Positions 6,536 through 15,028 of a DNA stretch of 24,000 nucleotides are shown here, in pieces. The DNA is taken from the sequence record KJ716335.1; one strand, given 5' to 3'. The stretch is from Dickeya phage RC-2014. Position 1 is the stretch's first letter. Every line of letters begins with the position of its first letter. A program made the translations under genes and the position numbers. The notes beneath the pieces are model-generated. The model had not been told where the DNA came from, searched no databases, and was given only the letters and a program-made list of their open reading frames with translations.

Positions 6536-9292
6536 ATGAAAATGCGCAAGTCCGAGCACTTCATCCGCTCGTCGTCTTCCATTCAAGGGCAGGCGTTCAA
6601 CGTAAAGATGAACGACAAGATGTTTGAGACTCTGTTCTCATCCTTGTATCGTTACAAAGAGGCAGCAGCCCTGCGTGAAACCACCTGTAACGCCATCGAC
6701 TCCCATGGCATGCGCGATCGTATGCACCGTATGGTAGCATCCCACTACGCACCTCTCACTCCCCCTCCTGCTCGCCACAGCAAATACCTTGCTCCGAAGG
6801 GCACACGTGTTGTTGTGCATCTGCCTGATGACTTCGAGCCATGGTTGGAAATCCGCGATTACGGTATTGGGCTGCCGCTTGAAAAGATCATCGGCGAAGC
6901 CATCCCAGCCCAGGAAGACGAAGTGCTGTTGGAAGGCAACATGGTCGTGAAGGAAGACGAGATCCCAGATTCCGCCGAAGTCATTGGCGTTCCAGGATTC
7001 TATAATGGATCTCTGGTGTTCCGTCGTGAAGACGGAGAAATCATCCGCTCACCTGGACTGTACACGACCCTCTTCCACAGTACGAAGGAAGAAGACGATG
7101 ACCAGATCGGGGCGTTCGGTCTCGGTTCCAAATCGCCGTTCGCTGTGTCTGATTCGTTCACTGTGGAAAGCCGCATGGAAGGCAAACTCCATCGCTTCCT
7201 GATGTATCTGAACGCCAAGCGCATCCCAACGGTCGACCTGATCACCAAAGACCTAGACACCCGTGATCCTAAACCTGAAGACACCGATGAGTTCAACGGC
7301 ATGACGGTGAAGATCCCGGTGAAGAATTCTCGCTTCTCTGCATTCTCAGATGAGCTGGTTCGCCTTGGTCGTGTCATGCGTCCTGAGCAACGTCCGCTTG
7401 TTGAGAACGCTTCATACCGCTTCGGTTGGGAAGACATCAGCTACGATTTCAAGGTCAACAACACGTACATCCAGCCGAAGGGCAACGACCACACCCACTA
7501 CGCTGTGATGGGCGGCGTGTCGTACCCGATTGATCTGGATCAGCTGGACCCAGACACTTCCTCCATCATGAGCAAGTTTCCGTCGTCCTATACGTTCTTC
7601 GAACTCGGTTCCCTGAACGTACCGCCGTCGCGTGAAGACCTGTCGTATGACGAATTTACGCGTGAGACGCTCTCCGAGGAGTTTAAAAAGACCGCCAATG
7701 CAATCCTGACCGAAAAGATGCGCGACCTGGAGCTGGCGTGTAAGCGTGGTCCTCTTGCCCTCTATATGGAGAAGGCAAAACTGAGCGAAATGTTCGGCAG
7801 CGGGTTCCGCAAGATGGTTGAAAAAGAATACCCGGCGGACAAGCGCTTTCATGATTCATACTATCGTTATCCGATGCCTGTCGAGATCGATCGCGATTAT
7901 GACCATACCGCGCCGTTCACTGAACTGTCATCACCGTTCTCTATGGAGATCTTCTATGGCTGGGGTGAGTCTAGCACTTTGACCATTTCAGAAATACAGA
8001 AATGGGTCGAACGCGGCCAGCATGTTACTGTGGTGATAGAAGACAGCGTTCGTGCTCGTAACCTGAAGATCAAGCAGCTGAAGGACACGGGCACTATGGT
8101 TGTAGTGGTCAAGCCGAATACATCTTACGTCACCAAGCGCAACCAGTCCAAGGACAACCCTGCATTCAAGAATGCGCAGGATCTTCATGACTTCTTTGAA
8201 TCCTGGATTGGTAAGGAAGAAACCACGGTCGACTATCTCTGCTTCGCTGATAAGTTCGTCGATTGGTTGGGCGCGGTGCTCGAGCCTGCTGAAGTCAAGT
8301 TCATGAACGAACTGACGTATGTCACGCCCCCGGTCACCAAAGATCCTGGGTTGTTCCCGTTCACGAACAACAACTTCGACATCCGTCAACATGAAGAACT
8401 GACAGGCGACCAGATCTCTGATATCATCAACAAAGGCGAGCGCATCGTTTACATCGAAGTGTCTGGCCATGAGTGTATCCATCAGGTGATGGACAGGACG
8501 TTGACAGCTGCGGCAGCGCGGGGTATTCGTAAATCTCTGTATGATCACGCAGTCAGTGTCGACGATGAAGGCAAGCCAGTGTACATCAGCAATATGTTGA
8601 ATGTTCACAACAGGATATTCTTGGCTCGTCGTAAATCTGTGCCAATGATGAAGAAGTTCCCAGAGGTCTTCATACCGATTGATGAGATCCTGAAGATCAT
8701 GTTGGAAAACGTGAAGCCGATGATGGAGCGCGATAATGCCGAACGCATACTGAAATCGTATCGTCGCATGCGCCTTGGGGCAAACCGATTGAAATACGGG
8801 AGCCATCTGGTTCAACAGGCGTTCGGTGATGTTGATGAAGATCGCTATGGTAAATTGGTCACTCGCTACAACAAATTAATGGGTATTATAGACGATATCA
8901 TGGATGAGCAGACTGTGCGCCATTATCACAGCCTGGTGAAAGCCCCGGTATCGATCAACGATAAGCGCCGCTTCAGTCATTTCCAGGACACAATAAGTTC
9001 TCTCAACGTGAACCTGTACACCAACGAGCGCGATGAAAAGATATTCCGCTCAGAGCATCAGATGATGCAGATCTTTGGATATGCCTCGGATACCCTGCAG
9101 TCCCATGGGTTTACGCGGTTTGATATTGCACGCACACCGACGCGGAAAGCAAAGCGGGACAACCGATTGACCATCGAGCGGCACCGTGTTATCCGGTTCT
9201 TGAAAGAGAACTACAAACCAAGCGCCCTGAACCCGATCGAAGAATCATCGGATTACTTGGACGTTATTTCAAATTCCATTGTCAGGGCATAA
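6536..9292 (+). CDS. rIIA: rIIA-like protein (GHKL-ATPase-like N-terminus)
   Basis: 918 aa; SSSSIQGQAFNVKMNDKMFETLFSSLYRYKEAAALRETTCNAIDSH, LEIRDYGIGLPLEKI, DQIGAFGLGSKSPFAVSDSFTVES; directly upstream of rIIB-like gene. Confidence 0.85.
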   Translation: MKMRKSEHFIRSSSSIQGQAFNVKMNDKMFETLFSSLYRYKEAAALRETTCNAIDSHGMRDRMHRMVASHYAPLTPPPARHSKYLAPKGTRVVVHLPDDFEPWLEIRDYGIGLPLEKIIGEAIPAQEDEVLLEGNMVVKEDEIPDSAEVIGVPGFYNGSLVFRREDGEIIRSPGLYTTLFHSTKEEDDDQIGAFGLGSKSPFAVSDSFTVESRMEGKLHRFLMYLNAKRIPTVDLITKDLDTRDPKPEDTDEFNGMTVKIPVKNSRFSAFSDELVRLGRVMRPEQRPLVENASYRFGWEDISYDFKVNNTYIQPKGNDHTHYAVMGGVSYPIDLDQLDPDTSSIMSKFPSSYTFFELGSLNVPPSREDLSYDEFTRETLSEEFKKTANAILTEKMRDLELACKRGPLALYMEKAKLSEMFGSGFRKMVEKEYPADKRFHDSYYRYPMPVEIDRDYDHTAPFTELSSPFSMEIFYGWGESSTLTISEIQKWVERGQHVTVVIEDSVRARNLKIKQLKDTGTMVVVVKPNTSYVTKRNQSKDNPAFKNAQDLHDFFESWIGKEETTVDYLCFADKFVDWLGAVLEPAEVKFMNELTYVTPPVTKDPGLFPFTNNNFDIRQHEELTGDQISDIINKGERIVYIEVSGHECIHQVMDRTLTAAAARGIRKSLYDHAVSVDDEGKPVYISNMLNVHNRIFLARRKSVPMMKKFPEVFIPIDEILKIMLENVKPMMERDNAERILKSYRRMRLGANRLKYGSHLVQQAFGDVDEDRYGKLVTRYNKLMGIIDDIMDEQTVRHYHSLVKAPVSINDKRRFSHFQDTISSLNVNLYTNERDEKIFRSEHQMMQIFGYASDTLQSHGFTRFDIARTPTRKAKRDNRLTIERHRVIRFLKENYKPSALNPIEESSDYLDVISNSIVRA

Positions 9293-9300
9293 TAGCCCTG
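9283..9300 (+). promoter_or_regulatory. Hairpin spanning the rIIA stop codon, upstream of rIIB
   Basis: CAGGGC-ATAATA-GCCCTG perfect 6-bp stem; TAA of rIIA (9290-9292) is in the loop. Confidence 0.5.
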
Positions 9301-9323
9301 TTAACCAACGTGGGAACTACAAG

Positions 9324-10886
9324 ATGAACAAGATTGATGAAAAGATTCTCAAGCTTTTGAAGGAAGGCACAAGCCAGAGCGCAATTGCTACTATGCTGGG
9401 CGTTCCGCGCTCAGCAGTACAACGCGTCTGTGACACAGAACTGGGTGTCAACCCATTGTCGCTGAAGTCCCTGACCACTGAAGAAATTCAGCAGATTCAG
9501 GAAAAGAGCAAGGCTGGGCAGAGCAATCGCGCCCTGGCTGAGTTCTTTGCTGTAAGCGCCAAGACGATTGCCCGTGCCCTGCTGGTCCGCATTACCGAGG
9601 AGGAAAACAAGGTAACTGTGATCTCTCCCATCAAGCCGGAAGAGCAGGAAGTCTTCGAAGTCCAACCGGGCGGCACGGCCAAAGACGTTGATGGCTCAGA
9701 ATGGTATGTGGGGGCATATCTGCCGAACCACAACAAGTACCTGTGTCTCACTAACGACGATAATTTCACAGGGGCTTTCTTTGAAAAGTCCGAACTGACC
9801 CCTGTGGAAGGGAACAGTCAAGCTTTCGGTGTTGAAGCTATCGGCAAGATGGCAGAAATCGCTGTGGCGCTGTCGGAAGGTGCGGACAAAGTTCCGGGTA
9901 ATGTTGAAATCAGCGTTGTTGTAGATGGGGAAACCTATCCTATCCGTGGATCCCTGGATGCCCGTCGTCGCGTCGGTTACTTTGATGCTATCCTTGGTCG
10001 CACCCTGCGTCTGGCTCTGTCTTCTGTGGAATTCGCTGTCGTTACCAAAGAAGTTGAAGAAGTGGCTGACGACAAGAAGACCAAGCAAGACTTCGGCGCG
10101 AAAGACCTGGACGTGTTCCTGAACGAACACCAGATCCTGATTCTGCCCGACAGCGTTGTTATCGCGATTGACGGCAAGCCGGAAACGATCACCACTTCAC
10201 ACCCAGCATATGACCGCATCGTACAGGCGATCAAAGACAAAGACGTGAAGCTGGCATACTCGCTGATGCGCCCTCGTGATGCCATCGCTAAGTACGCTGA
10301 AGGTCTGGTAGACGTAACGGGTGGTAAAGTGAAGTGGTCTGGCCATGACATCACTGGCACCAGTATCGCCAAGCGTGTTCTGGCACTGATGCTGAAGGGT
10401 GATTTCACTAACCTGGATCGCATGGGCAAGTTCATGGACAAGATGTTCCAGAACCCATCAGCTGCTCTGGTTCAGTCTGGTCGCATCTACGAGTTCATGG
10501 CATACTCCGACATTGAGATTGACGAAGATGGTGACATCATCCTCTACAAATCAGTGCGCGGGAACTACATGGACAAGCACAGCAACACGATCAGCAACGC
10601 CCCAGGCACTATCGTTCGCATGGCTCGCTCATTCGTGAACGACAACAACTCCGACCTGTGTTCATACGGCCTGCACGTCTGTTCCCTGGCCTACCTGAAA
10701 CAGTGCTTTGGTTCTGTCGGCCAGCGCGTTGTTCGTTGTAAGCTGAACCCGCGCGACATCGTGTCTATCACCAACGACTATGGCTCCAGTAAAATCCGCT
10801 GCTGTGAATACCTGGTGTTGGATGACTACACTGCCGAGTACAATCGCCAGCACAAGTCGATTGATGTGACTGGCCTGTACAAGTAA
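9324..10886 (+). CDS. rIIB: rIIB-like protein with N-terminal HTH motifs
   Basis: ATG 9324 in frame with track ORF 9279..10886. HTH-like LLKEGTSQSAIATMLGVPRSAVQRV; C-terminal GLHVCSLAYLKQCFGSVGQRVVRCKLNPRDIVSITNDYGSSKIRCCEYLVL typical of rIIB. Confidence 0.9.
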   Translation: MNKIDEKILKLLKEGTSQSAIATMLGVPRSAVQRVCDTELGVNPLSLKSLTTEEIQQIQEKSKAGQSNRALAEFFAVSAKTIARALLVRITEEENKVTVISPIKPEEQEVFEVQPGGTAKDVDGSEWYVGAYLPNHNKYLCLTNDDNFTGAFFEKSELTPVEGNSQAFGVEAIGKMAEIAVALSEGADKVPGNVEISVVVDGETYPIRGSLDARRRVGYFDAILGRTLRLALSSVEFAVVTKEVEEVADDKKTKQDFGAKDLDVFLNEHQILILPDSVVIAIDGKPETITTSHPAYDRIVQAIKDKDVKLAYSLMRPRDAIAKYAEGLVDVTGGKVKWSGHDITGTSIAKRVLALMLKGDFTNLDRMGKFMDKMFQNPSAALVQSGRIYEFMAYSDIEIDEDGDIILYKSVRGNYMDKHSNTISNAPGTIVRMARSFVNDNNSDLCSYGLHVCSLAYLKQCFGSVGQRVVRCKLNPRDIVSITNDYGSSKIRCCEYLVLDDYTAEYNRQHKSIDVTGLYK

Positions 10887-10902
10887 CCAAACCCCATCCA
10901 CC

Positions 10903-10928
10903 AAGGAGGCTTCGGCCTCCTTTCTTTT
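10903..10928 (+). terminator. Intrinsic terminator after rIIB
   Basis: AAGGAGGC-TTCG-GCCTCCTT followed by TCTTTT. Confidence 0.9.
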
Positions 10929-10937
10929 GAGGTCGAT

Positions 10938-11243
10938 ATGTTAACCAACGACGTCTACTTCAAATATGCAAGGCAGGCATACGGCTCGCATCGCGTGACA
11001 GACAAGTTCCTGATTGACTCCTTTCAGTTCGAAGGTGAGACCAGAGAATACTCCCACAAGAACTTCCCTCCTCGCGAAGTGCACGGCGATCAGTTCGTGA
11101 AATTGTTCTGTCGCTGTGGTGGATGTGATTTCACGGATGATGGTTACGCGATGCACGTGTACTGCTGCAATTGCTGTGGTAAATACATAACAGTCTATAG
11201 GAGAACCGATCATGGCCAAGAAACCCGAAATCAAGAAAGTTGA
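10938..11243 (+). CDS. Hypothetical protein with Cys-rich (zinc-ribbon-like) C-terminus
   Basis: 101-aa ORF with CRCGGC...CCNCCGK. Confidence 0.6.
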   Translation: MLTNDVYFKYARQAYGSHRVTDKFLIDSFQFEGETREYSHKNFPPREVHGDQFVKLFCRCGGCDFTDDGYAMHVYCCNCCGKYITVYRRTDHGQETRNQES

Positions 11244-11637
11244 AACCCCAGCCCCAGCCCCTGTTGATGTTATCCAGGCGAAGGAAGAAGGTGTGCTGCC
11301 TTCCTACCTCCAACGTGCTGTTGACAACATGCCCGTAGGGGGAGACAACGGCGTCGTCTACGCTGGTGGGTATGGTTGGGTGTGCGAATACCAAGATGGC
11401 ACCAAAGAACTCCTCCAGGAGCTTCCAGGGCTGGCGGGTACGCTCAAGCGCTACGGGCGTGACAAGTATGGCAAGCCGTTTGAGAAGGGTGCTGTCATCT
11501 CCACCAACATCACAGTAGAGACTCTGAACCTACTGGGCGTGGATGATCTGAAGCTACTGGCCGCGCCGTTGGGCATCACAGTCGAAGACCGCATCACGCT
11601 GATTGCGCAACTCATCGAAAAATTACAGATTAAGTAA
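11212..11637 (+). CDS. Hypothetical protein
   Basis: 141-aa ORF MAKKPEIKKVETPAPAPVDVIQ...; SD GGAG at 11200. Confidence 0.75.
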   Translation: MAKKPEIKKVETPAPAPVDVIQAKEEGVLPSYLQRAVDNMPVGGDNGVVYAGGYGWVCEYQDGTKELLQELPGLAGTLKRYGRDKYGKPFEKGAVISTNITVETLNLLGVDDLKLLAAPLGITVEDRITLIAQLIEKLQIK

Positions 11638-11667
11638 AGCAGTGTACAACAGCTGAACTTATTCTAT

Positions 11668-12060
11668 ATGGTTATCGTTGACGAAAGCAATCTGATGGAT
11701 TACGCCCTGAGGCATTACATCGTTGATTCGGTCTCTTGGGACGAGATGCTGGTAGACATACAGCGGATTTCGCTAATTAACCAATCATTGAAGAGATTTG
11801 TTCCTGGTAAGAGTCCACGGCTCATTTTGAATCAGCTGATCACTCTCTTCAATACGTTCGAAGCAGAAGCAGTCTGTCGTATGCTTGTGTTGAAGACGGA
11901 TAGGTCTCAGATGCCACGCCTCAAGGCTGCTTTGTTGACGATAGGCGTATGGCGTGATGATTTATGTTCCGGTTCGTATGAACCAGATAACGAGCTGATG
12001 ATGGCTCTGAACAACGATTTGGGCGAGTGGAGGAAACCATGCCAACAATCACTGTATTAG
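11668..12060 (+). CDS. Conserved T4-like hypothetical protein
   Basis: 130-aa ORF; ISLINQSLKRFVPGKSPRLILNQLITLFNTFEAEAVCRMLVLK resembles a small protein widespread in large myophages. Confidence 0.7.
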   Translation: MVIVDESNLMDYALRHYIVDSVSWDEMLVDIQRISLINQSLKRFVPGKSPRLILNQLITLFNTFEAEAVCRMLVLKTDRSQMPRLKAALLTIGVWRDDLCSGSYEPDNELMMALNNDLGEWRKPCQQSLY

Positions 12061-12848
12061 TAGCACCGGAAGTTGTTCGCAACAAACCGGAAACCGAGCG
12101 TCTGCACACTGTCACAGGCACTGCTCTGGGTTGGGAAAAGACCAGTCTTAACCAAGACCCAGACGAGATCCTGACTGAGTGTAAAGGTCTGGATGCACTG
12201 CTGACCCAGAGTAATCTGCAGGCGGACGGTGTGACCAAAGTTGATCCAACCAAGCCTATCGGCTTTGAGATCACCTACGAAATCCACGACCCAAGCGCTG
12301 TGCTGACAACTGGTCTGGCCATCACCCCTGCAACTGCAGGCGGCGAAGTCGGTCAGGTTGTTGAACTGCTGGCGACCGTCGCTCCGGCGAACGCGACCTA
12401 TCAGGGCGTCAACTGGTACTCGGGTGACATTACCAAAGCCGTTCACATTGGCGGTGGCAAATTCAAGCTGCTGGCATCGGGTTCAGTGACCGTCTATGGT
12501 GTAACCATCGAAGGTGGTCACACTGACTCCACGGTCATCACAGTAGCGGGTGCGCTGGCTCTGTCTACTGATCTGGCCGCTTCTCAGGACGTGACAGCAG
12601 GCGCTGACGCAACCTTCACCATCGCTGCTACAGGCGGCACCACACCGTACACGTATGCTTGGTACTTCTCTGATGTCCCTGGCGGCGCTGGTGCGGTGAT
12701 TGATGCAGGCGCTAATGCCACTGCAGCTACCGCAAGCCTGGTTATCACGGCAGTTGATGCCGCAGATGAGGGTGAGTACTGGTGTGTTGTTGAAGACGCC
12801 GACGGCCACTCTGTGACATCTGCTCGTTGCGAAATGGCTGTGGTCTAA
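12039..12848 (+). CDS. Ig-like-domain protein, possible capsid/virion decoration (Hoc-like)
   Basis: In frame with track ORF 12027; SD GTGGAGGA; BIG2-like segment TVAPANATYQGVNWYSGD...GSVTVYGVT and I-set-like segment GADATFTIAATGGTTPYTYAWYF...DAADEGEYWCVVEDADGHSVTS. Confidence 0.8.
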   Translation: MPTITVLVAPEVVRNKPETERLHTVTGTALGWEKTSLNQDPDEILTECKGLDALLTQSNLQADGVTKVDPTKPIGFEITYEIHDPSAVLTTGLAITPATAGGEVGQVVELLATVAPANATYQGVNWYSGDITKAVHIGGGKFKLLASGSVTVYGVTIEGGHTDSTVITVAGALALSTDLAASQDVTAGADATFTIAATGGTTPYTYAWYFSDVPGGAGAVIDAGANATAATASLVITAVDAADEGEYWCVVEDADGHSVTSARCEMAVV

Positions 12849-12850
12849 TC

Positions 12851-13084
12851 ATGAAGGGCTTCCAGGACTTCCTTGAGGATGGCTCGGCAGCGCCTGGAAC
12901 CACTACCGCCGATGTGGGGAAACCCGAAGGCGGTATGGTGAAAGAGCCTGTGAAGAAGCCCAAGGATCTTGAGGAAGAACAAGAGCAGACCCCCTTCCAA
13001 AAGATCTTTGGTAATATCTTCAAAGACCTGGGCCTGAAGAATGCACGAAAGTGGAACTTCAGGACAGGGAAATACGAAGACTAA
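12851..13084 (+). CDS. Hypothetical protein (77 aa)
   Basis: ATG 12851 in frame with track ORF 12827..13084: MKGFQDFLEDGSAAPGTTTADVGKPEGG... Confidence 0.65.
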   Translation: MKGFQDFLEDGSAAPGTTTADVGKPEGGMVKEPVKKPKDLEEEQEQTPFQKIFGNIFKDLGLKNARKWNFRTGKYED

Positions 13085-13106
13085 AAGAGGCTCCGGCCTC
13101 TTTTTC
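13083..13106 (+). terminator. Intrinsic terminator
   Basis: AAAAGAGGC-TCCG-GCCTCTTTT followed by TC. Confidence 0.9.
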
Positions 13107-13123
13107 ATTTCCAGCATACGGTG

Positions 13124-13129
13124 TATAAT
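13124..13129 (+). promoter_or_regulatory. Possible sigma70 -10 box
   Basis: Perfect TATAAT just after a terminator and before ORF 13173; no convincing -35 box. Confidence 0.3.
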
Positions 13130-13172
13130 GGACCCGTTCCCCATGAGCGGAACCTAACTGAGGATACACCAA

Positions 13173-13670
13173 ATGCAATCCATGATCAAACGTAAAGTAG
13201 AAGTCTCTCTGAACGCCCACGTCGATATTATCCAGCAACTTGTTCTGGACGCATATGAGATCCAAAAGGATCGCATATCTAGGGGTGTGATAGACCCCAC
13301 TTGCCCAGGAAACATTTTGTATTATCGCATGATTCGACAGACTGGTCACACTGCAGCGCTGAAGAAGATTCTGTCCTATGATTTCCAGACAGAGAACAAC
13401 CTCAACATCATGGGCGTCTTCCACAGCGTTCGTGAACGAGATTCTTTCTTCCACTCACGCGCAGGCGCGGATGTACCATCGCCCGATGTGGACAAGAAAC
13501 AGCACACGACAACCACTTCCCATTTCATGGGCACGGGTATCGATAAAGCCAACATCATCGTGTTCTCTGATACACTTCATGATCCGAAACGCTTGGCCGC
13601 CGCCCATGAAATGTTGCGCAATAGCCGCAGTGCTCTCACGAATTTGACTTTAGTAGTGTTTCTGGGCTAG
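13173..13670 (+). CDS. Hypothetical protein (165 aa)
   Basis: ORF preceded by GAGG (TGAGGATACACCAA). Confidence 0.75.
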   Translation: MQSMIKRKVEVSLNAHVDIIQQLVLDAYEIQKDRISRGVIDPTCPGNILYYRMIRQTGHTAALKKILSYDFQTENNLNIMGVFHSVRERDSFFHSRAGADVPSPDVDKKQHTTTTSHFMGTGIDKANIIVFSDTLHDPKRLAAAHEMLRNSRSALTNLTLVVFLG

Positions 13671-13678
13671 ATAGTTAC

Positions 13679-13697
13679 AGGGGAGTTTCCCTCCCCT
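13679..13697 (+). other. Hairpin, possible weak terminator or leader structure
   Basis: AGGGGAG-TTTCC-CTCCCCT with no T-run; located between two ORFs. Confidence 0.5.
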
Positions 13698-13720
13698 ATT
13701 CTCAACAGGAGAGGCGCACA

Positions 13721-13918
13721 ATGTACAAGTTCAGAATTAACAGAGAACGTAATTCGTTCAAGTTCGGTGTAGTCGCTGGAGTTTGTTTGTTCCTGACACT
13801 CGAAAGCGTCATCGGCCTGCTCACAATATCACAAATGCAGGTGACCCGTTTCCTTCTCGCCGTAGTATTTGCCGCGATCGGCTTGGGTTGTTCCTATTTG
13901 GGCTGCGTCAAGAAATAA
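13721..13918 (+). CDS. Small membrane protein (two TM)
   Basis: 65 aa, SD AGGAGAGG; hydrophobic VVAGVCLFLTLESVIGLLT and FLLAVVFAAIGLGCSYLG. Confidence 0.75.
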   Translation: MYKFRINRERNSFKFGVVAGVCLFLTLESVIGLLTISQMQVTRFLLAVVFAAIGLGCSYLGCVKK

Positions 13919-13961
13919 CAGCCTACACACAGCAATACCCTTTGATTTGAGAGTCTACATT

Positions 13962-14450
13962 ATGTTTCTACTGATGAATGTTCCACAGAACAAGATGACC
14001 CCTGCAACAGAGGGCAAGAACCACTTCAACATCTACAGCCAGAGCCAAACGGAGCTGGGGCGCTTCCTCTCGCATTTTGCCCACCATCCAGTGACTACCT
14101 ATGACCATGGCGTGTTTAACTCCATGGAGGGCTATTGGTATTGGCTGAAGTACAGGGATGACAACCTGCGCCTGCTCGATGGTTATGAGGCCAAGCAATA
14201 TGGACAGGGATTGGCGGCCTCCCGCATTGTCATCCTTGACCCATCATCCGAAGAATTCAAGCGCGATATCCTATTCGCGACCAGCATGAAACTCCAGACC
14301 ATGCCCGACTTGCTGAAGCTCAGGTTGGCATACAGCCGCCTGCCCCTGATCCATGCATATGTTCGGAACGGGAAATATAGTTTTCAAAACTCTATGGACT
14401 ATATCATTGCCCACATTAATCGTCTCCGTATACAAGGAACTTTGAAATGA
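13962..14450 (+). CDS. NADAR/YbiA-like protein
   Basis: ATG 13962 in frame with track ORF 13869; HFNIYSQSQTELGRFLSHFAHHPVTTYDHGVFNSMEGYWYWLKY matches the phage NADAR signature. Confidence 0.75.
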   Translation: MFLLMNVPQNKMTPATEGKNHFNIYSQSQTELGRFLSHFAHHPVTTYDHGVFNSMEGYWYWLKYRDDNLRLLDGYEAKQYGQGLAASRIVILDPSSEEFKRDILFATSMKLQTMPDLLKLRLAYSRLPLIHAYVRNGKYSFQNSMDYIIAHINRLRIQGTLK

Positions 14451-15028
14451 AATTTCTACACAACATCATCGGCACTTCGTACGATTGCACTGCGCACGAG
14501 CCGAACCGTTCACCTGTGTTTGTTCTGAACAAACTGGGTGAAGAGATCTGTGAACTGTCCGATGTGTTTCATGGTATAGCCTCTTCCGAGCCGTTGAATG
14601 GTGAAGTTGCTGACGTCATTATCTCTGCCATTGACCTTCTGTACGTCATGGATTTCACAGACCAGCAGCTGCACGGTTGCATGACCAAAGAAGAGTTGAT
14701 TGACTCGGTGCAGACGCGTTTGGGGATGCACAGCAATTGTTCCCCCGAATATCTTGAAGAAGATTGGTTCCGACTGATTGACCGTGAACCACAGAAGCAT
14801 CTGAACCTCATTCACCATTACCATGGCCGGATCATCCGATTGTGTAATCAGCCTTATCGCAGTGAAGACGTTCTGGAACGACTTGTTGCTCAGCTGATTA
14901 CACAAGTCGCACGCATGGCGTGTGGGGAAGGGGCGCTGCATGGGAATTGCACGATGGCCACTCGGATTAAAGTGGAGCAAGCATTTAACCACAAAGTTGA
15001 AAAGTGGCGCACTAAATTTGGCTTATGA
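14447..15028 (+). CDS. MazG-like nucleotide pyrophosphohydrolase-type protein
   Basis: 193 aa; LNKLGEEICELSDV (EExxE) followed by GEVADVIISAIDLL (ExxD); ATGA overlap with the NADAR-like gene. Confidence 0.6.
   Translation: MKFLHNIIGTSYDCTAHEPNRSPVFVLNKLGEEICELSDVFHGIASSEPLNGEVADVIISAIDLLYVMDFTDQQLHGCMTKEELIDSVQTRLGMHSNCSPEYLEEDWFRLIDREPQKHLNLIHHYHGRIIRLCNQPYRSEDVLERLVAQLITQVARMACGEGALHGNCTMATRIKVEQAFNHKVEKWRTKFGL

Noticed and set aside
6511-6545. TTGACA followed 18 nt later by TATGAA ahead of rIIA as a sigma70 promoter
   Set aside because: The putative -10 overlaps the rIIA start codon and matches consensus poorly; retained only as a remark.
7988-8815. 275-aa minus-strand ORF antisense to rIIA
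   Set aside because: Lies fully within a well-supported rIIA gene; His-rich low-complexity translation typical of antisense frames.
9696-10441. Minus-strand ORFs of 144 and 154 aa inside rIIB
   Set aside because: Antisense to a confidently assigned gene, no motifs.
14510-14992. 160-aa minus-strand ORF antisense to the MazG-like gene
   Set aside because: The + strand frame has the EExxE/ExxD motifs and ATGA coupling on both sides.
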